Source: Blasia pusilla
Lineage: Eukaryota
Length of the DNA: 64,000 bases
Assembly (NCBI GenBank): GCA_050084515.1
Contig: CM114271.1
Coordinates: forward strand, 35,588,001 to 35,652,000
Direction of reading: 5' to 3'
Part shown: positions 25,360 to 38,138 of the stretch, piece after piece
How the letters are laid out: every line of letters begins with the position of its first letter
Position numbering within the stretch: the stretch's first letter is position 1
Translations under genes and position numbers: made by a program
The notes under the pieces: model-generated
The model's input: the letters and a program-made list of their open reading frames with translations, nothing else
What the model was told of the DNA's origin: nothing
Database searches by the model: none

Positions 25360-26360
25360 TATCGCGACCCTCATGACCAAACAAGTGCCAAACGGAACAT
25401 CGGAACATTAGCGGGCTCACGCTAAGATGGTTTGCGCGTTGGAGTAGTCTCAAAGAGGAGACAAGAGACGAGACGCGAGCGAGGAGTCTCGTTTCAGATG
25501 TTATGGTCGCGACTGAGAAACCTGGACCAAACGCGGAATGAGACTTGAAAGAAGTCGAGTCTAGGAAGTGGGTTGCCAAAAGAAAGATCCGGATTTGGAA
25601 CGCCACTAGCGTTTGAGAGTTTCTGACTGTATTTATGGCCATAACTTTTAGCGCCAAGATGCGTTTGAAACAAATAAGGGTGCGTTGGAAAGCTTATGGA
25701 GAGCCGGTCCAAACGCACCAAAGATCAATGCAAACGCATAAGTAGCGGCTGAGAAAAACCCGAAAACGACTGTAAGTGGAGTCGGGTTGAGGGCCACAAT
25801 GAAAGGCCCGACCCTCTTTTCCCAAAGGGGAGGGGTTATTGGAGAACCCCAGAAGTACTAGTAATGGGGAAGGTCTCCGAGAGTGCTTGGAACCCAAACC
25901 CCACTTTGGGCGCCGCGGGGCGGCTCAAGGGCATGGAACGAAACGCGAGTTTGGGAGTTGGGTTGGAAAACCTGCACCAAGTCCATTGAGGCAATTTTAG
26001 ACATCCCTCTTGGATTTCACCCCACGACTCAATTACTTGGGTCTCGGTTTGGAACTCACCGAGGACCGTTGAATAGTTGGGATCGCTAGGTGCGCAAGTG
26101 CCGTTTCAGATCCCTAGACTAACCAGGAAGTCTGTTCCAAGTCTTGAAGGACTTGCCATGTTTTGGAAACTAGGAATTAGGGAAGGTTGAGCTTGATGAA
26201 ACGCCGAGTTGATGACTCGGTGGGTTGGAACGCTGGTTGACCCAGACCCGACTAACGAGAGTGCGTGTTTGGGTGCAGATCGGCGATGAGTTCGTGACCT
26301 ACTGAACGTACGCTTCCGCAACACTAAAGATTGACGTTCAAGGAGAGTAGGGGCGCGATA
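25360..26360 (+). mobile_element. Solo LTR (Ty3/gypsy-like), copy B, 1001 bp
   Basis: Termini TATCGCGACCC...GGGGCGCGATA resemble gypsy TGTCRCGACCC...GGGCGYGACA ends. Perfect 5-bp TSD AAGCA (25355-25359 and 26361-26365). Homologous to 22450-23407. Confidence 0.85.
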
Positions 26361-26864
26361 AAGCACGTAGGAGAGCCCTCTTCACGTTCCGTTCTCTTAC
26401 CAGTCGTAAAGTACAAAACTTGTTCCAATCTGGTAAGCCTATCCTTTGACAAGATCGGATTGCCTACTAATTGACTTACCAGAATAGATTTGTAAAGAAT
26501 CTTACCCTCACATGTCACAGTTGGATTGAATTTTTTAGAACCACTCATATTAGTTAGATCTTACACCATAGATACTAGAATATGTCTCACTTCATGGTAA
26601 GTTGCCTCATTTACTCATTCCCTCTCTTGGACTCAATTTATGCATAAAAGAAAACACTTATGCCGCATGGAAGGGATTATTTTGTGTTCACCACCAGATT
26701 CTTTGTGGTCTTTGGTGAACGGTGGTTGTTACTAGTTGAGGATCGTAACGACATATTCAAAGATCGACCGATTGAATCTGAAGACACTGACATAGTGTAG
26801 TGGAGATAGAGAATGCCTAAATTGATAAGGTTTTAAAGCATCCCTCGATGTTGGATTTGTTAAG

Positions 26865-28060
26865 GCAACTGAGCAGCTGGTTGGACTTCCAGAGGAAACA
26901 CCATCCAAGAAATTGGCCGTAAGAGAACATTGAAAAAGAAAGAAATTGTAGGCCAGCCTAGTTCGGGAAGTGTTTTCATTAGCAATGGAATTTTTTGATG
27001 TGCAAGAGAACACGAGGGCTACATATGTACTACGTGGAGCTTCAGGCCATAAATCCGTGTTCTTACGATGCTATTCAACATATTTGGTCAATATCTTCCT
27101 CAGCTTTGCGTAACAGTGAATTGCACGTAGCTCAAGTGGAATGTAGATCCCGCAGATCAAATTTTATTTTCTATTTTTTTGGACGAGAGCTAGGTCATTT
27201 TCTTAGGTTGTCCTTAGTGTGAAATTTGGCTTGTCTAGAATGGCGAGCAGATGAAGAGGAGATCATCAATTTGGGAACGCCTTTAGGGAGAAGCGATGCT
27301 ATGAATGAAGAGCCGGTGGCATTGGAGTAGGAGCTCTTAGTTTTGTTCAAGAAGGGAACATTGGATGTGTTGGTCAGCTATCTATATGGAGTAGTTTTGC
27401 ACAAACGAGAGAGGAAGGTAGAGGCATGAGATGTGCTATGTTAAGATGTCAATGCATACCCATAGAATTGGAGCGTCTTGCTTGAATTGCAAGCTTTGTA
27501 TATAGATCCGGACATTTTGCCTCAACTCAATCTCAGTGATCACTAGAATGGTGACTTCTTTTTTTGAAGTGTATACTTAGACCTGCATAGACATTCTAAT
27601 GGCTTAGCTTGCTACTGGACCATGCATGCAATCCTTACCCACAGCGACAACATTCTTGCCCAAATTCCTACCACCCATTATAATCTGCATGAGTTTGATG
27701 AGGCAGAAGGGATGTTTGAGGAGCTTCTACGCACAGGTCCATACTGCAGAGAAGGTTTAGATACTTATTCTAACATTTTGTATGTGAGGAAGTACTTTGC
27801 TGCTCTCAGTTTCTTGGCACACAAAGCCGTTCTCATAAAAAAATACTGTCTCGAGACGTGTTGCATAACCAGGAACTACTGTAGTTTGAAAGCCCAACAC
27901 GAGAAAGGCGTCATGTACTTCAAAAAGGCCTTGAAATTGAATCAGAAATACCTCTCAACAAGGACGTTCATGGGGCAAGAGTATGTGCAACTGTAAAATA
28001 CTCTTGTTACAATTCACGCATATCTCAGAGCAATGGATATCATTCCCAAAAATTATTGGG
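26865..28060 (+). pseudogene. CDC23: Anaphase-promoting complex subunit 8 (CDC23/APC8) pseudogene fragment retaining an intron
   Basis: Segment 26865-27086 reads ATEQLVGLPE...FSLAMEFFDVQENTRATYVLRGASGHKSVFLRCYSTYL. A GT...AG intron follows (27087-27238). Then EEEIINLGTPLGRSDAMNEE...YLYGVVL...VNAYP*NWS...EFDEAEGMFEELLRTGPYCREGLDTYSNILYV...ALSFLAHKA...KYCLETCCITRNYCSLKAQHEKGVMYFKKALKLNQKYLS...MGQEYVQL*NT. This is collinear with the plant APC8 N-terminal and TPR region, with many in-frame stops, and is truncated at both ends. Confidence 0.9.
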
Positions 28061-28794
28061 TTCATGTGATCAAGAGTTCTATTTGTTCTATTTGACTGGT
28101 GAAAGAAACGTTGGTGAGAGAGTGAGAGATAGAGAGTGTTCCAACATGTTTGCGACGTCGACCTCAAGAGTTAGCGTCCTTGAATCTTTCGTTTGTGGCC
28201 TCTGAAATTGGCATCGTCTCTCAAATTTCCTCTCTCTTCTTTGCGCTCTCTCTTGCAATTTTAGAGATTTCTTGGTTTACCGCCTCTCTAATCAACGCGC
28301 TCCCAACTTTGGTTTCGTTTCTCTCGCACGTAAACGGCCCCTTGATCAGAGTTCTCTCCCCTCTTGCCCCTCGTTCTTGATTCACTGACTCCCTTCATCT
28401 TCCTTTCCACTCGAACCCAATCGACTAGAGCAATCCTTCCGTGCCGCCAGAATTGCAAATCATAAACCCTACACGACCGATAAACCATTTCCCCCCTCGA
28501 ACGTGGTTATTTTCCCACCCAACTTTAAAATATGAACATGATATACTGTGTGATACGTGTACCAATGAATAGGTGACATGTGGCAATTGGAAGTTTTCTT
28601 AAAAAAATCCCTATCTCTGTCTTCTAGCTTTAATAGATTTTTCATTAAATTATAGTACCCTATCATACTTTTAAACCATTTTGTAAATTTAAATTTCCCT
28701 TACTTTCTTTAAATGTTTCTTTTAAAGTCTTCTTTGAAATGGAATAAAAAATACCTATACTTTTTTGCATGTGATGGATCCATCCCAATAAAGT

Positions 28795-29180
28795 GACCCC
28801 CCGAGCACACGGAAAAAGTCTGTATCCACGGACTTATGTCCGTCTTAGGGACATACATGTTTGCGCACGCTTGGGTACCTGCGGCCCTCAATGCCGCACG
28901 CGAGCTGGACCTTGAGCCCACCGAGCTCATTGTGTAGACCAGGGTGGGTCGAGCCCACACCTGTTTTGTGGCCTGCATGGAGCTTGCGGTAGGCACGTAG
29001 AGCGGGTTGAGCCCCAAGGTAGCACATGGAAAAAGTCCATGTCATCAGACACATCTCCGTCCCTAGGATGGACATGTCGGTGCGAGCCCGGGTACTCACG
29101 GCCCACACCCGAGCGCGTAGCGGGCATTTGGGCTGGCCGAGCCCACACCGGTTTTGTGGCCCACGGCTAGGCCCTACATA
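28795..29180. repeat. GC-rich MITE-like repeat with an internal duplication, related to 21444-21892 and 38320-38670
   Basis: The motif GCAC(A/G)xGGAAAAAGTC...GTCC...GGAC occurs at ~28805 and ~29021. GAGCCCACACC(T/G)GTTTTGTGGCC occurs twice. Confidence 0.45.
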
Positions 29181-31601
29181 GAGGGGTTAATGGCAAAGCT
29201 TTCTCTTTCGAGACTTGCAAATGACTTGCAAGTTGGGAGTCTCTTGTGATTCCAATGTGAGCCCCCCCATAGTTGGACGTTACAAATCCTAAAAGCCACA
29301 ATTTGCAAGTCTCACTAGTAATTATGTTTGCAATCTCAATGCGAGTCCCCCACCCACATAGGGGCGGAAAACAACTATCCAAACTCGTAAAACAACGACG
29401 ACTTGCAAAGCTACATGGAGTTTTAATGAAGCTACACAAAGAAGACTCGCAAATTGGAAGTCACGATGAACTCGGAAAGTAGACATTCTTGGAAAAATGC
29501 ATTCGAAATGGAGCCATGTTGACAACGATATCCCTAGTTGTGGGATAACTTGAACAAAGTGAGAATGCTATCTTCTTTGACAACTAGTACCAAGATGTTA
29601 TATAACCTTGAAAAAAATTTGGCTTCTAGACATTAATACGATTGTCTCAATAGTGCAATGAGACCATGATGGAGCTCTCCTTTGTTGAAAATTTATCTGT
29701 TTCTCACTTCCCTACCCGAATAGAAAGTTTTATCTCATTTCTTCTTGCATCTCATATCGAAAATTAAAAGGAAATTTTTTTCTTATGAAGTCTTTTTTTT
29801 CCAAAAAATTATCCTTTCCTTTGAGAAAATGAAATTCTTTTCAGGAGGTTTTTAAATCTTTTTTTCCCTCTCCACATCCCTTGTTAAAATTTTATCTCCT
29901 TTTCCCTTTCCTTCATTTCTTTACTTTTTATATATTCCTTTTGAAACATAAGACATGAGCAAAAAATTTAACATTGTGTTATATGCTAACCAAGATAATA
30001 GAGTACAACAAGTATATATAACTTAGAGGGAGAATTAAATAAGTTCTTTGATGGTTTTCCTATCTTTTTCCATTGGAAAACTATAAAATTTTCTGATTTC
30101 ATCTCTTTCTAGAAATTTGCATGTCTAAATTTTCTTCACCCCCAACATTTATAGATGTGTACCTTTTTTTTTCCTCTTCCTCTTGATGAAGCCTTTGTTT
30201 TGAGATGCAATTCTGCATTTGTGACTAGTGATATGAATTCGTGTGAATGGATATTGAGTTACTTATTTAAATGCTACCAATCCAATCCTCATGGGTAAAC
30301 TTTTTACTACTAGTAATACAAAAAAATCCTCCAAAGGGCGATACAAAGCAAGTTTTCTTCCTCCGTCCCAATTGAAACAGGTTTCGATCAGATGTTACAA
30401 CGATCTCAAGTCGAGGAAATCGAGAAATAAGGAAAGCGATAATGCATTTATCTGAATAACCCAATGCAAATCTAGTTCGACGAAGATTCAACACTTGATC
30501 CATGGGGCTGACCTTCACCATTGGGATGATGGTGAAGGTCGTCACGTATTCGTTGAGAGAGGAGGCGAAGAAATACGAGGCCTCAATACAAACGGGTGAT
30601 AAAAAATCCATCCGGAATTTTAAAAAAGGGAGACTTAAAGAGTCGAGTACGTGAAGGCCACAATCAGCCTAGAAACAACAAAAGGGGTCACCCCCCTATC
30701 GACTAAACTCACCAACAGCAAAGACAAAATCAAAAACACCTTCATGTGTTGTTGGCGGAGAAGAGTGTGTCATCATGTGTTGAGGTTGCGAATGGCCAAG
30801 GGGCGACTTGCAGCAACAAATTTGGATGGGAGGGCGGGTTGTTTGACCGACTTGTCATGATCTTCCAGGAAGGGAAGGCTCTATAGACTTTGCGAAGGCC
30901 GATGAATTCTTACCTTTCTCCCACAAAGGCGATCATGGGGTTTTCGATACCCGTGAGATTCCTAGTATTTTCTACCGCAAATCGAATCATTCGAGCCTTC
31001 TCTCCACTTCCCGTGGTACGATTCCTTCTTCAGTTGTTGGTGAAAGCAGGAACCACCACCGTTTTGTTACAAAATTGGATTCGTTTGGTAAACAATATTC
31101 TTTTAGGAGTGCTAGTAGTAGCTACGAACTGTTATTCTTGTTTTCACACCATGAAATTGGGAGACCCGACTCTTCATCACCACCTTTGCTAACTCTCCCT
31201 TAGACAGAAAGGGGATTTCCTCTTTGTTTAGGTGTGCGTGTTGGTGAGTGTGACGTCCAACATCACACAACAAACACAACAATCTCTTGGGGATTAAGAC
31301 TTCAAAGAAAGAAAGACGTGAACCCATCAGAAGGGAAAGAGAATTCAATCCGGAATAAAAAAAAGGAACTCAAAGAGTATGTGAAGGCTGCAATCGAGGG
31401 GCACCCACTTTCTCTTCTTCTCAGAAGGAGAGAAAAAGGATTCTTTATAGTTCAATTGGTTTAATTTTGTTATTACGAGGAGACATAAACAACCGTTGAT
31501 TCTACATGTACATATGTTTTGTAATGATGCCTTTCATCCATGGAACAAAATGGTTGGATGCCACTCACTATTCACAAAACATATCCGTGGATTTTCTTAT
31601 A

Positions 31602-31827
31602 CTAGAGTGTCGCCCTGCTATGCATGAGTGACATGAAATCTTGGAATAAAGAAAATTTATTGTCCCATCTTCCATTTCCCTACTCATTCAGTTTCCCTTT
31701 CTCTTCTTCGTCACATGTGATTCCCTCGCGTTGACATGTGTCAACATCGGGAAAGCCCTCGTAGGAGAGGTGTCGAGACGAGGAGGAGGAGGGATTATCT
31801 AAACCCATCCTCCGTAAATAGTATAGA
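31602..31827 (-). mobile_element. Non-autonomous mini-Helitron, 226 bp
   Basis: The minus strand reads A|TCTATACTATTTACGG...TCACTCATGCATAGCAGGGCGACACTCTAG|T. This gives a 5' TC, an imperfect subterminal hairpin, a 3' CTAG and insertion at an AT site without TSD. Confidence 0.7.
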
Positions 31828-33552
31828 TAGTTCAATTTAAATGTTCAGTTGATATTTTCAGTTGTTCGATTACTATATTCATTTTCTATTTCTTGTGAGA
31901 ATTCAATTAAATTTGTATAAATCTTCACCTTTTTTTTTAAATGTCGTTTCTCACTCCTTCCCCTCCACTTAGGAGGAACTAAGGAGTTTCCTAGTCGTCA
32001 AATATTTAATATTTAATATTTAATATTTCAGAATTTAAATAGGGAGTGTATGCCAAGTCCCTTGAGTGAAGGACTAGTCGACGTACATAGTTGTGGAATT
32101 TTCTCCCGGTGGGTCCCACTGTCCCACTGGAGCAGTAGAGAAGAGGTTCATCTGCGGCCTCTTCCTTTTTGGATAAGATCGCGGTGCTCATCCGCAGAGA
32201 CTCGGTCTTCGGAAGAATCGGAAGGGGCGAGTGGAGTCCACACTTCTGAGAGTGGGAACTTCCGCCGCGGAGCTCGATTCAACGTCAATGCTGCCGCTGA
32301 TTGCCTGTGGTTGTGAGATCTTTGGAGAGTACAGTTACGATATGACGAGGATCGTACCTATCACTGGATTGAACCATCCGAAGCTGCTGAACTGTATGTA
32401 AACACGTAGCTCTCTCTCTCTCTCTGGCTGGCTGGCAAGCTTATTTCTTCAGGGTTTGCGCGAAACGGGGGCCCAGGTTTCTTGAGAGAGATGGCAGCAG
32501 ACCACTTTCGAGTGTCACCTCGTCATATCGAGTTTGACGGAAGTGTGTTCGGAAGGACTCGTTCAAGTAATGATCACTGAGCATGATTCAAGTGATTGGT
32601 CAAGATGGATGGCAGCGTAGGAGAGGATGATCGTCGTGAATTATTTGATAGTTATTCAGCGATAGCCGGGACTTCAACTCTTCGAGGCGTTGCTGAATAG
32701 TCATTACTCGCATTTTTCTTGGCACTGAAATGGTGGTTTGAAATTATCTCGAAACAAAGGAATCGATGCGTGATATCTGTGAACGCTTGAACTACATCGG
32801 TAGATAAAGTGAACACGATTCGTCTACTTGTGAGATTCTGCGAAAAGTTGCAGAGTTGCGTGTTTTATTACACTTCTGTGCGATTGAAATTTCGAATATG
32901 GATCCATTTCGCTACGGCTTCCATTGTAGGGACGGACGCAGTTTTATGAATTGCTTTAAGTTGAGAATTCTAATCTGACTTCCAACCAATTCTATTGAAG
33001 ACGTAGCATCAGGAATAGTTGCAAACGAACGACACGAGAACAGGAAATATCGAATCTTCCAGTAGTGCCGGCAAATCGAAGAAACATAGCTCAGTCTACC
33101 GTGGTGGATGGGTTGTAATTCATAGCACCAATGTTTTGAAGGGATTAAAATACTTGTAGAATCATCCGTCGCTCCAAATGCTTTTCATCCCTATCTCTTG
33201 GCATCCGCTGGACGTCAAAATCTCCTGGATGGCTCATATATTACAGAATATGTTATACAAACGATGAACTGAAGTCCTATTAGCTTCAGCTGCTCAAACT
33301 TGCCTCGACAGATAAGTTGTTGATCTACTGAGCATGGAACGATCGGCAGTGCAGAATCAATTGAAGCGACAGCTCCCCCGATCACAGTTTCTACAAAGAT
33401 TTACCAGTGCTGAAAATACCTTCTAAGCAATGTGAACCCGTACAGATGAATTTGTAAGATGTGCACGTCGTCCAGTAATCTTGACATGAACTTGGAATGG
33501 GTACTACAGAGGCGTGAAAGAATGTCTGCATTGATTGGAATATGGTCAGTAA

Positions 33553-34413
33553 TCAGAAAGGGTCCAAGACTGATCCAGCAGAGGATTCCCTGTACGTAGT
33601 ATGTTCTGGAGTGTACAGTCGGGGAAGGATTGGCGTACTCGAAGGTCGGTCGAGAGTTCGAAATGATCTTGCTGTGGGCTGGAATATCTGGAATTCGAAG
33701 TCGCATGGCAATGATGGCCGACTGGGAGATTCTGGGATGCTCTCCAAAGCGGGCTTCCATCCTTCGAAAAGCAAGCGGGACTTGTACGGGGAATCGCACA
33801 GAATTTTGCAAGACGCACCGGAATAGAACGCAGAATTTGTATGATCAACACAAGTCCTGGAATCGAGACGCGGTGCATAGGGAGCTGCCTCAATGGTCCG
33901 AGTTCCAGAACCTCTGCACGATGCTGCGAAAGCGGAGCCAAGATTGCGAATGACGTAGTTGCTGGAGGTCGGCCCCATGGGCTGCAATGTCTGCAGGAGC
34001 AATTTAGTGCACAATTGTGTGAGATCCGTGAGTCGCACCGCCCTCGTCCCCCGCAGCTTCTTGAGTTTCTTGGCCGCTCGCTGGGTCGTTCCCTCCATCG
34101 GAACCGAGGCACGACGACAGAAAGCTTTGAACATGGTCGTCTGGAACTCATGGGGAATGGGGTAGATGAGATAAGACTGGCCAGGGACGAGCTCTTGATC
34201 CGGCCGCATAATGGTGATTTTGCTGTGCGGGCCCACGGGAAGATCTAATGACGAGCAGTGCAGCAGCATGTGCTCTGGATGCATCCGCATCACGAACGAG
34301 ACATCCGTGGGATATCGGTACTGCTCGATCCTGCCATCGGGCCGCAAAACCTGTACTCTAGGACACTTGTAAACGTCTACGCATATCATCTGAGTTGCGC
34401 TGCAGTTGCCCAT
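33553..34413 (-). CDS. DUF4228/PADRE-family protein, single exon, 286 aa
   Basis: ATG at 34413 gives MGNC. The N-terminal domain reads VQVLRPDGRIEQYRYPTDVSFVMRMHPEH...IMRPDQELVPGQSYLIYP and the C-terminal motif WKPALESIPE is present; both are characteristic of DUF4228. Confidence 0.88.
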   Translation of the reverse strand: MGNCSATQMICVDVYKCPRVQVLRPDGRIEQYRYPTDVSFVMRMHPEHMLLHCSSLDLPVGPHSKITIMRPDQELVPGQSYLIYPIPHEFQTTMFKAFCRRASVPMEGTTQRAAKKLKKLRGTRAVRLTDLTQLCTKLLLQTLQPMGPTSSNYVIRNLGSAFAASCRGSGTRTIEAAPYAPRLDSRTCVDHTNSAFYSGASCKILCDSPYKSRLLFEGWKPALESIPESPSRPSLPCDFEFQIFQPTARSFRTLDRPSSTPILPRLYTPEHTTYRESSAGSVLDPF

Positions 34414-36678
34414 CGCCACCACTTCCTTCCTCTCTCTCCCGACCTTCGATCGATCTAAGTGTGATCAAGACAAAAGAGAATGCACGTGCACTGATTCGGC
34501 TTCAGATGTAGAGCCCTAAACTCCTCAATTCACTCAGTCCATCCAATTCGCGGTGATACAGACGGGAAACTCGGTAGCATCCCACCCTGCACTAGCTATT
34601 CGCGATCTTTCTCGAATCAATCGACAGAGCCCTAAAGTGCTCCCTTCCCCACTTCCACTGCTGGTTCTTGTCGCCATCGTCGCGGAGACACCTTGCGCAA
34701 CTCCATTGCGGTTTTCACGCGCGCACAAGCGAAGAAGGCGGTGGCCACCTCGCTTGATTCAGAAGTCTTCATGATCAAAACCCCTCCGTAAAGAGCGCGG
34801 CCACGAGCGATCACTTAAAAACCGTATCTACTAGCTTCACAAGGTCTGCTATTCCGCACGCTTTCGACATTGATACCCATCCTATCCTCCGTATCCCCGC
34901 GAAAGCGCAGCGATTCTACAGACGGCAGCTCGAACGAGCACAATGCGTATGGCAAACGACCGTCCCAACTTTCACGGAATATCTGGAGACGGAGAAAGGA
35001 GGCGGGCAACGTCGATACAAGGAAGAAACGCATATCATGACGCGGCTTGAATCGGCTGGACCGGAGCGGCGTATACGTCGTCTCCTTCGCACGTACGGAC
35101 TCGATCGCCCGCTCAATTCCGACAATTCCTGCCTGCTTTCTCTCGCGACGACGGCCGAAAGAGTGTTATCGTTCCATCCTCCGAAACTGCGGGATTCATT
35201 CGTACGCACATCAAAACTATCCCTCTCGCAGCGAGCGACAGATCCCCTTGTGCGCAACGTGACGCAAACACCTACAGATATATATATATATTCCTGCGCA
35301 CGTCGACAAAGCCACAAGTTTGCGCCACCCCGTCGCTTCTTCTGCGCTGCCCTTCGAACTTCATCTGGGGGACGGGAGGGAGGGGTAACAGCGCCTCCCC
35401 TCACGGCAGGCTGCAGGCGACGCAGGCGCATGAGGGGAACCAGCATCGGTAAACGTGTGGGCCTGGGGGGCCCACACGTTTACGGCGGACGAATCACTCT
35501 TACGAATAATAATTACCAAATTTGGTAAACATGCCTATGTGGAGGTAAGTATCGCCGGGGCTAGTTTATATGAGGTAATGCCCTGGCCAATTCTCTAAAC
35601 GTGCCTTTGTACGGGTGAGTATTGCCGTGGCTAAATCTGGTAAGGAAGAGCGCGAATCCCGACACGGAAAGGTTAGAGAACACGAAGTGGATGCCTGCGC
35701 TGGTTATTTTGAGGTGGCCGGTTTTTTTCCCGGGGATTATTATCTTATTATTTATTTTGAAACGAAGAGATGCTTTTCTGGTAAGGAAGGAAGCTTTCTT
35801 CGCCGGAGTTTTCCACCCGAAGTTGCCTTCGATATCTTTACGAACTTTTTGAAATGAGTTTGTTACTAACCTCTGTTAATTCAGACCTCCAAAGAATGAT
35901 ATTTAAAATTAAGATCTTACGAAAAATAGTAATCTTTTTTGATAATTCAAGTCGGCACACACAAAAAATTAGCTTCCCTTACCCCTGTCTCAAATCATAA
36001 AATACATTATTAAAGAAGATTTTAATTCTTGAAACTTTTTTTTCTATTTTGATATAATTTTTAATTTTTTAAATATTTTCTAAATATCCTTACACGGATA
36101 TGCATCTGTATAAGAATTGACTATCCCATATGTATAATATAACAAGATAGTGAGACAAGAAGACGAAACATGTTTGAAAAATTTTTTTAATTGTAAGATA
36201 GGTCCTATCATTAGATAAGGATTTGAGAGGAACGGATAAAGATTTGAGTGGAATAGAAATGAAATATATTAAAAATTAATAACATATTTAATATTATAAT
36301 GGGTGATTATAAATATTAATAAAATGTAATAATTATGATAAACAACCCAAATTTTAGAATTTTTGTTTTGATTCATATTTTATTTAAAGGAAAAATAAAT
36401 TATTTTGGTGGGAAGAGTGGAAGGGGAAGAATAATTATTGTTCGAGTTTTTACCGAGGAGTGAAATTATTTTGGGGGGATGGGTATTATTTAAAGGTGAA
36501 GGGGAAGAATCCAAATGTAAGTAAAATTTAAGTATAATTTCCATATTTTTTAATCTTAAGAGAGTAAGAAAATAATACCCATCTCCCCGTACTTAAATTT
36601 TAAAATTAAATAAAATTTAAAAATTTAAACATAATTTTGACACCTATTTTTTAAGGCCCTTCTATTGAGGAAACTATG

Positions 36679-36709
36679 TCACTCGTGCATCGCACGAGCA
36701 ACATACTAG
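36679..36709 (+). mobile_element. Helitron 3' terminus (5' end not defined)
   Basis: Perfect hairpin CTCGTGC-ATC-GCACGAG (36682-36698), followed 7 nt later by CTAG|T. Confidence 0.7.
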
Positions 36710-38080
36710 TGTATTATTATAAAGAATCCCTACACGTAATGAACACATTTGGATGCTATAAATAATTATGTACAAAAATTAGAGAGTAATAAGAAAATAC
36801 ATACATAAAATCGATTGATTCGGAACTAAGAAATGAGTACGAAGGATATTCATGGTTTTTAAAGATATTCTTTAATTCTAAGAATAATCTGTATTTAAAA
36901 TTCTGAGATAAATTTTTTAATATGCCGACGAATTGATTCAATCATCCGCCAACCACAGTGGTGGTTAATTCAGGTTTGAATCTTTGTATATTTACAGCAC
37001 AAAACCAGTTTGTAGAGATAATAATATGAGTAAAGATTTCTCAACTATAATTAATTTAAAAACTTGAATGTCTGTTTACTCAAAATAAAATTACATGTTA
37101 TCTAGAATAAAAAAGTTCAACATAGTTAAATACATCTAAATTTTTTAAGGGCCTTCTTTTGTGACTTTTCTTTTGACAAGTATAACAAAAAAATATGAAA
37201 ATAGACGCAATCAATTAATATGATTTAGATTGATCCATATACCTCTTTTAGCATATATCATCTAAATCTATTAACAACCAATTGGGTATCATGTTGTGTT
37301 GTGATCGCCCTTGTGAGCACCATTGGACTATCTTAATCATGTGTTGGTTAGATTTTGACAAACTACTTCATGTCGAGTCATCAATTGTGTGGATGATACA
37401 CCTGTGTTGTACACATATACATTCCTATAAAATCCATATTTTTTATAATATGTACATAAGAAACGTCTCCGATCCCCACATATATGAAAATACACTAATA
37501 TATGACTAATATATGTACACAAAGACCATTGAGTTAAAAATGATTTACATCGCCAATTCTACTCTCAAAATTACATGTGCATATCAAGCCACATCCATCC
37601 TATGTCATAAGATAATCGAGATTCTAGTGCTCAACATCCTATTGAACCCTAAAAGGATTAGTATTGCAAAGACTCAACATAAGAAAGATGGCTAGTAAAA
37701 GCAGCCATCTCTCCCACCATTATACCCTCGGGAAGAGCCAAAAGAGCTCTTCCCAAATAAATAACCAAAATAGTAACATGCATACATAGGTTATTGAGTG
37801 ATCGCAACATAATTATCACAAACCTTATCCGACACCTCCACATGAAGTTGTGACCAAAAAACCCATTAACTATCTAAGTCCTTGACAAAGTAGAACTCTA
37901 CTTATTAACTAACTATGATGTGACATATGACACCCATAAGTGGCCACAAAAAATTGGTTCTCAAGACTTATAAGACTTCCGTTCCCAATGCTCTCACAAT
38001 AGAAAGCTATTGCTATCGTGCAATTATCAATGTTTATGTTCTGGATATCTTCATGATACCCTCTTCATCCTTTGCAATTA

Positions 38081-38138
38081 TTTGTAGTTGTTAAAGCGCC
38101 ATGACACTTGAACATCATGGCGCTTTAACAACTACAAA
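38081..38138. repeat. Perfect inverted repeat: 24-bp arms, 10-nt loop
   Basis: TTTGTAGTTGTTAAAGCGCCATGA (38081-38104) and TCATGGCGCTTTAACAACTACAAA (38115-38138). Confidence 0.9.

Noticed and set aside
27622..27996. 124-aa TPR-like ORF as a functional gene
   Set aside because: It is only the longest stop-free piece of the APC8 pseudogene.
30267..31470. Possible LINE ORF1 relic (CLLCDVGRHTHQH knuckle-like motif, minus strand)
   Set aside because: The motif is incomplete and no endonuclease or RT motif was recognised; too weak to call.
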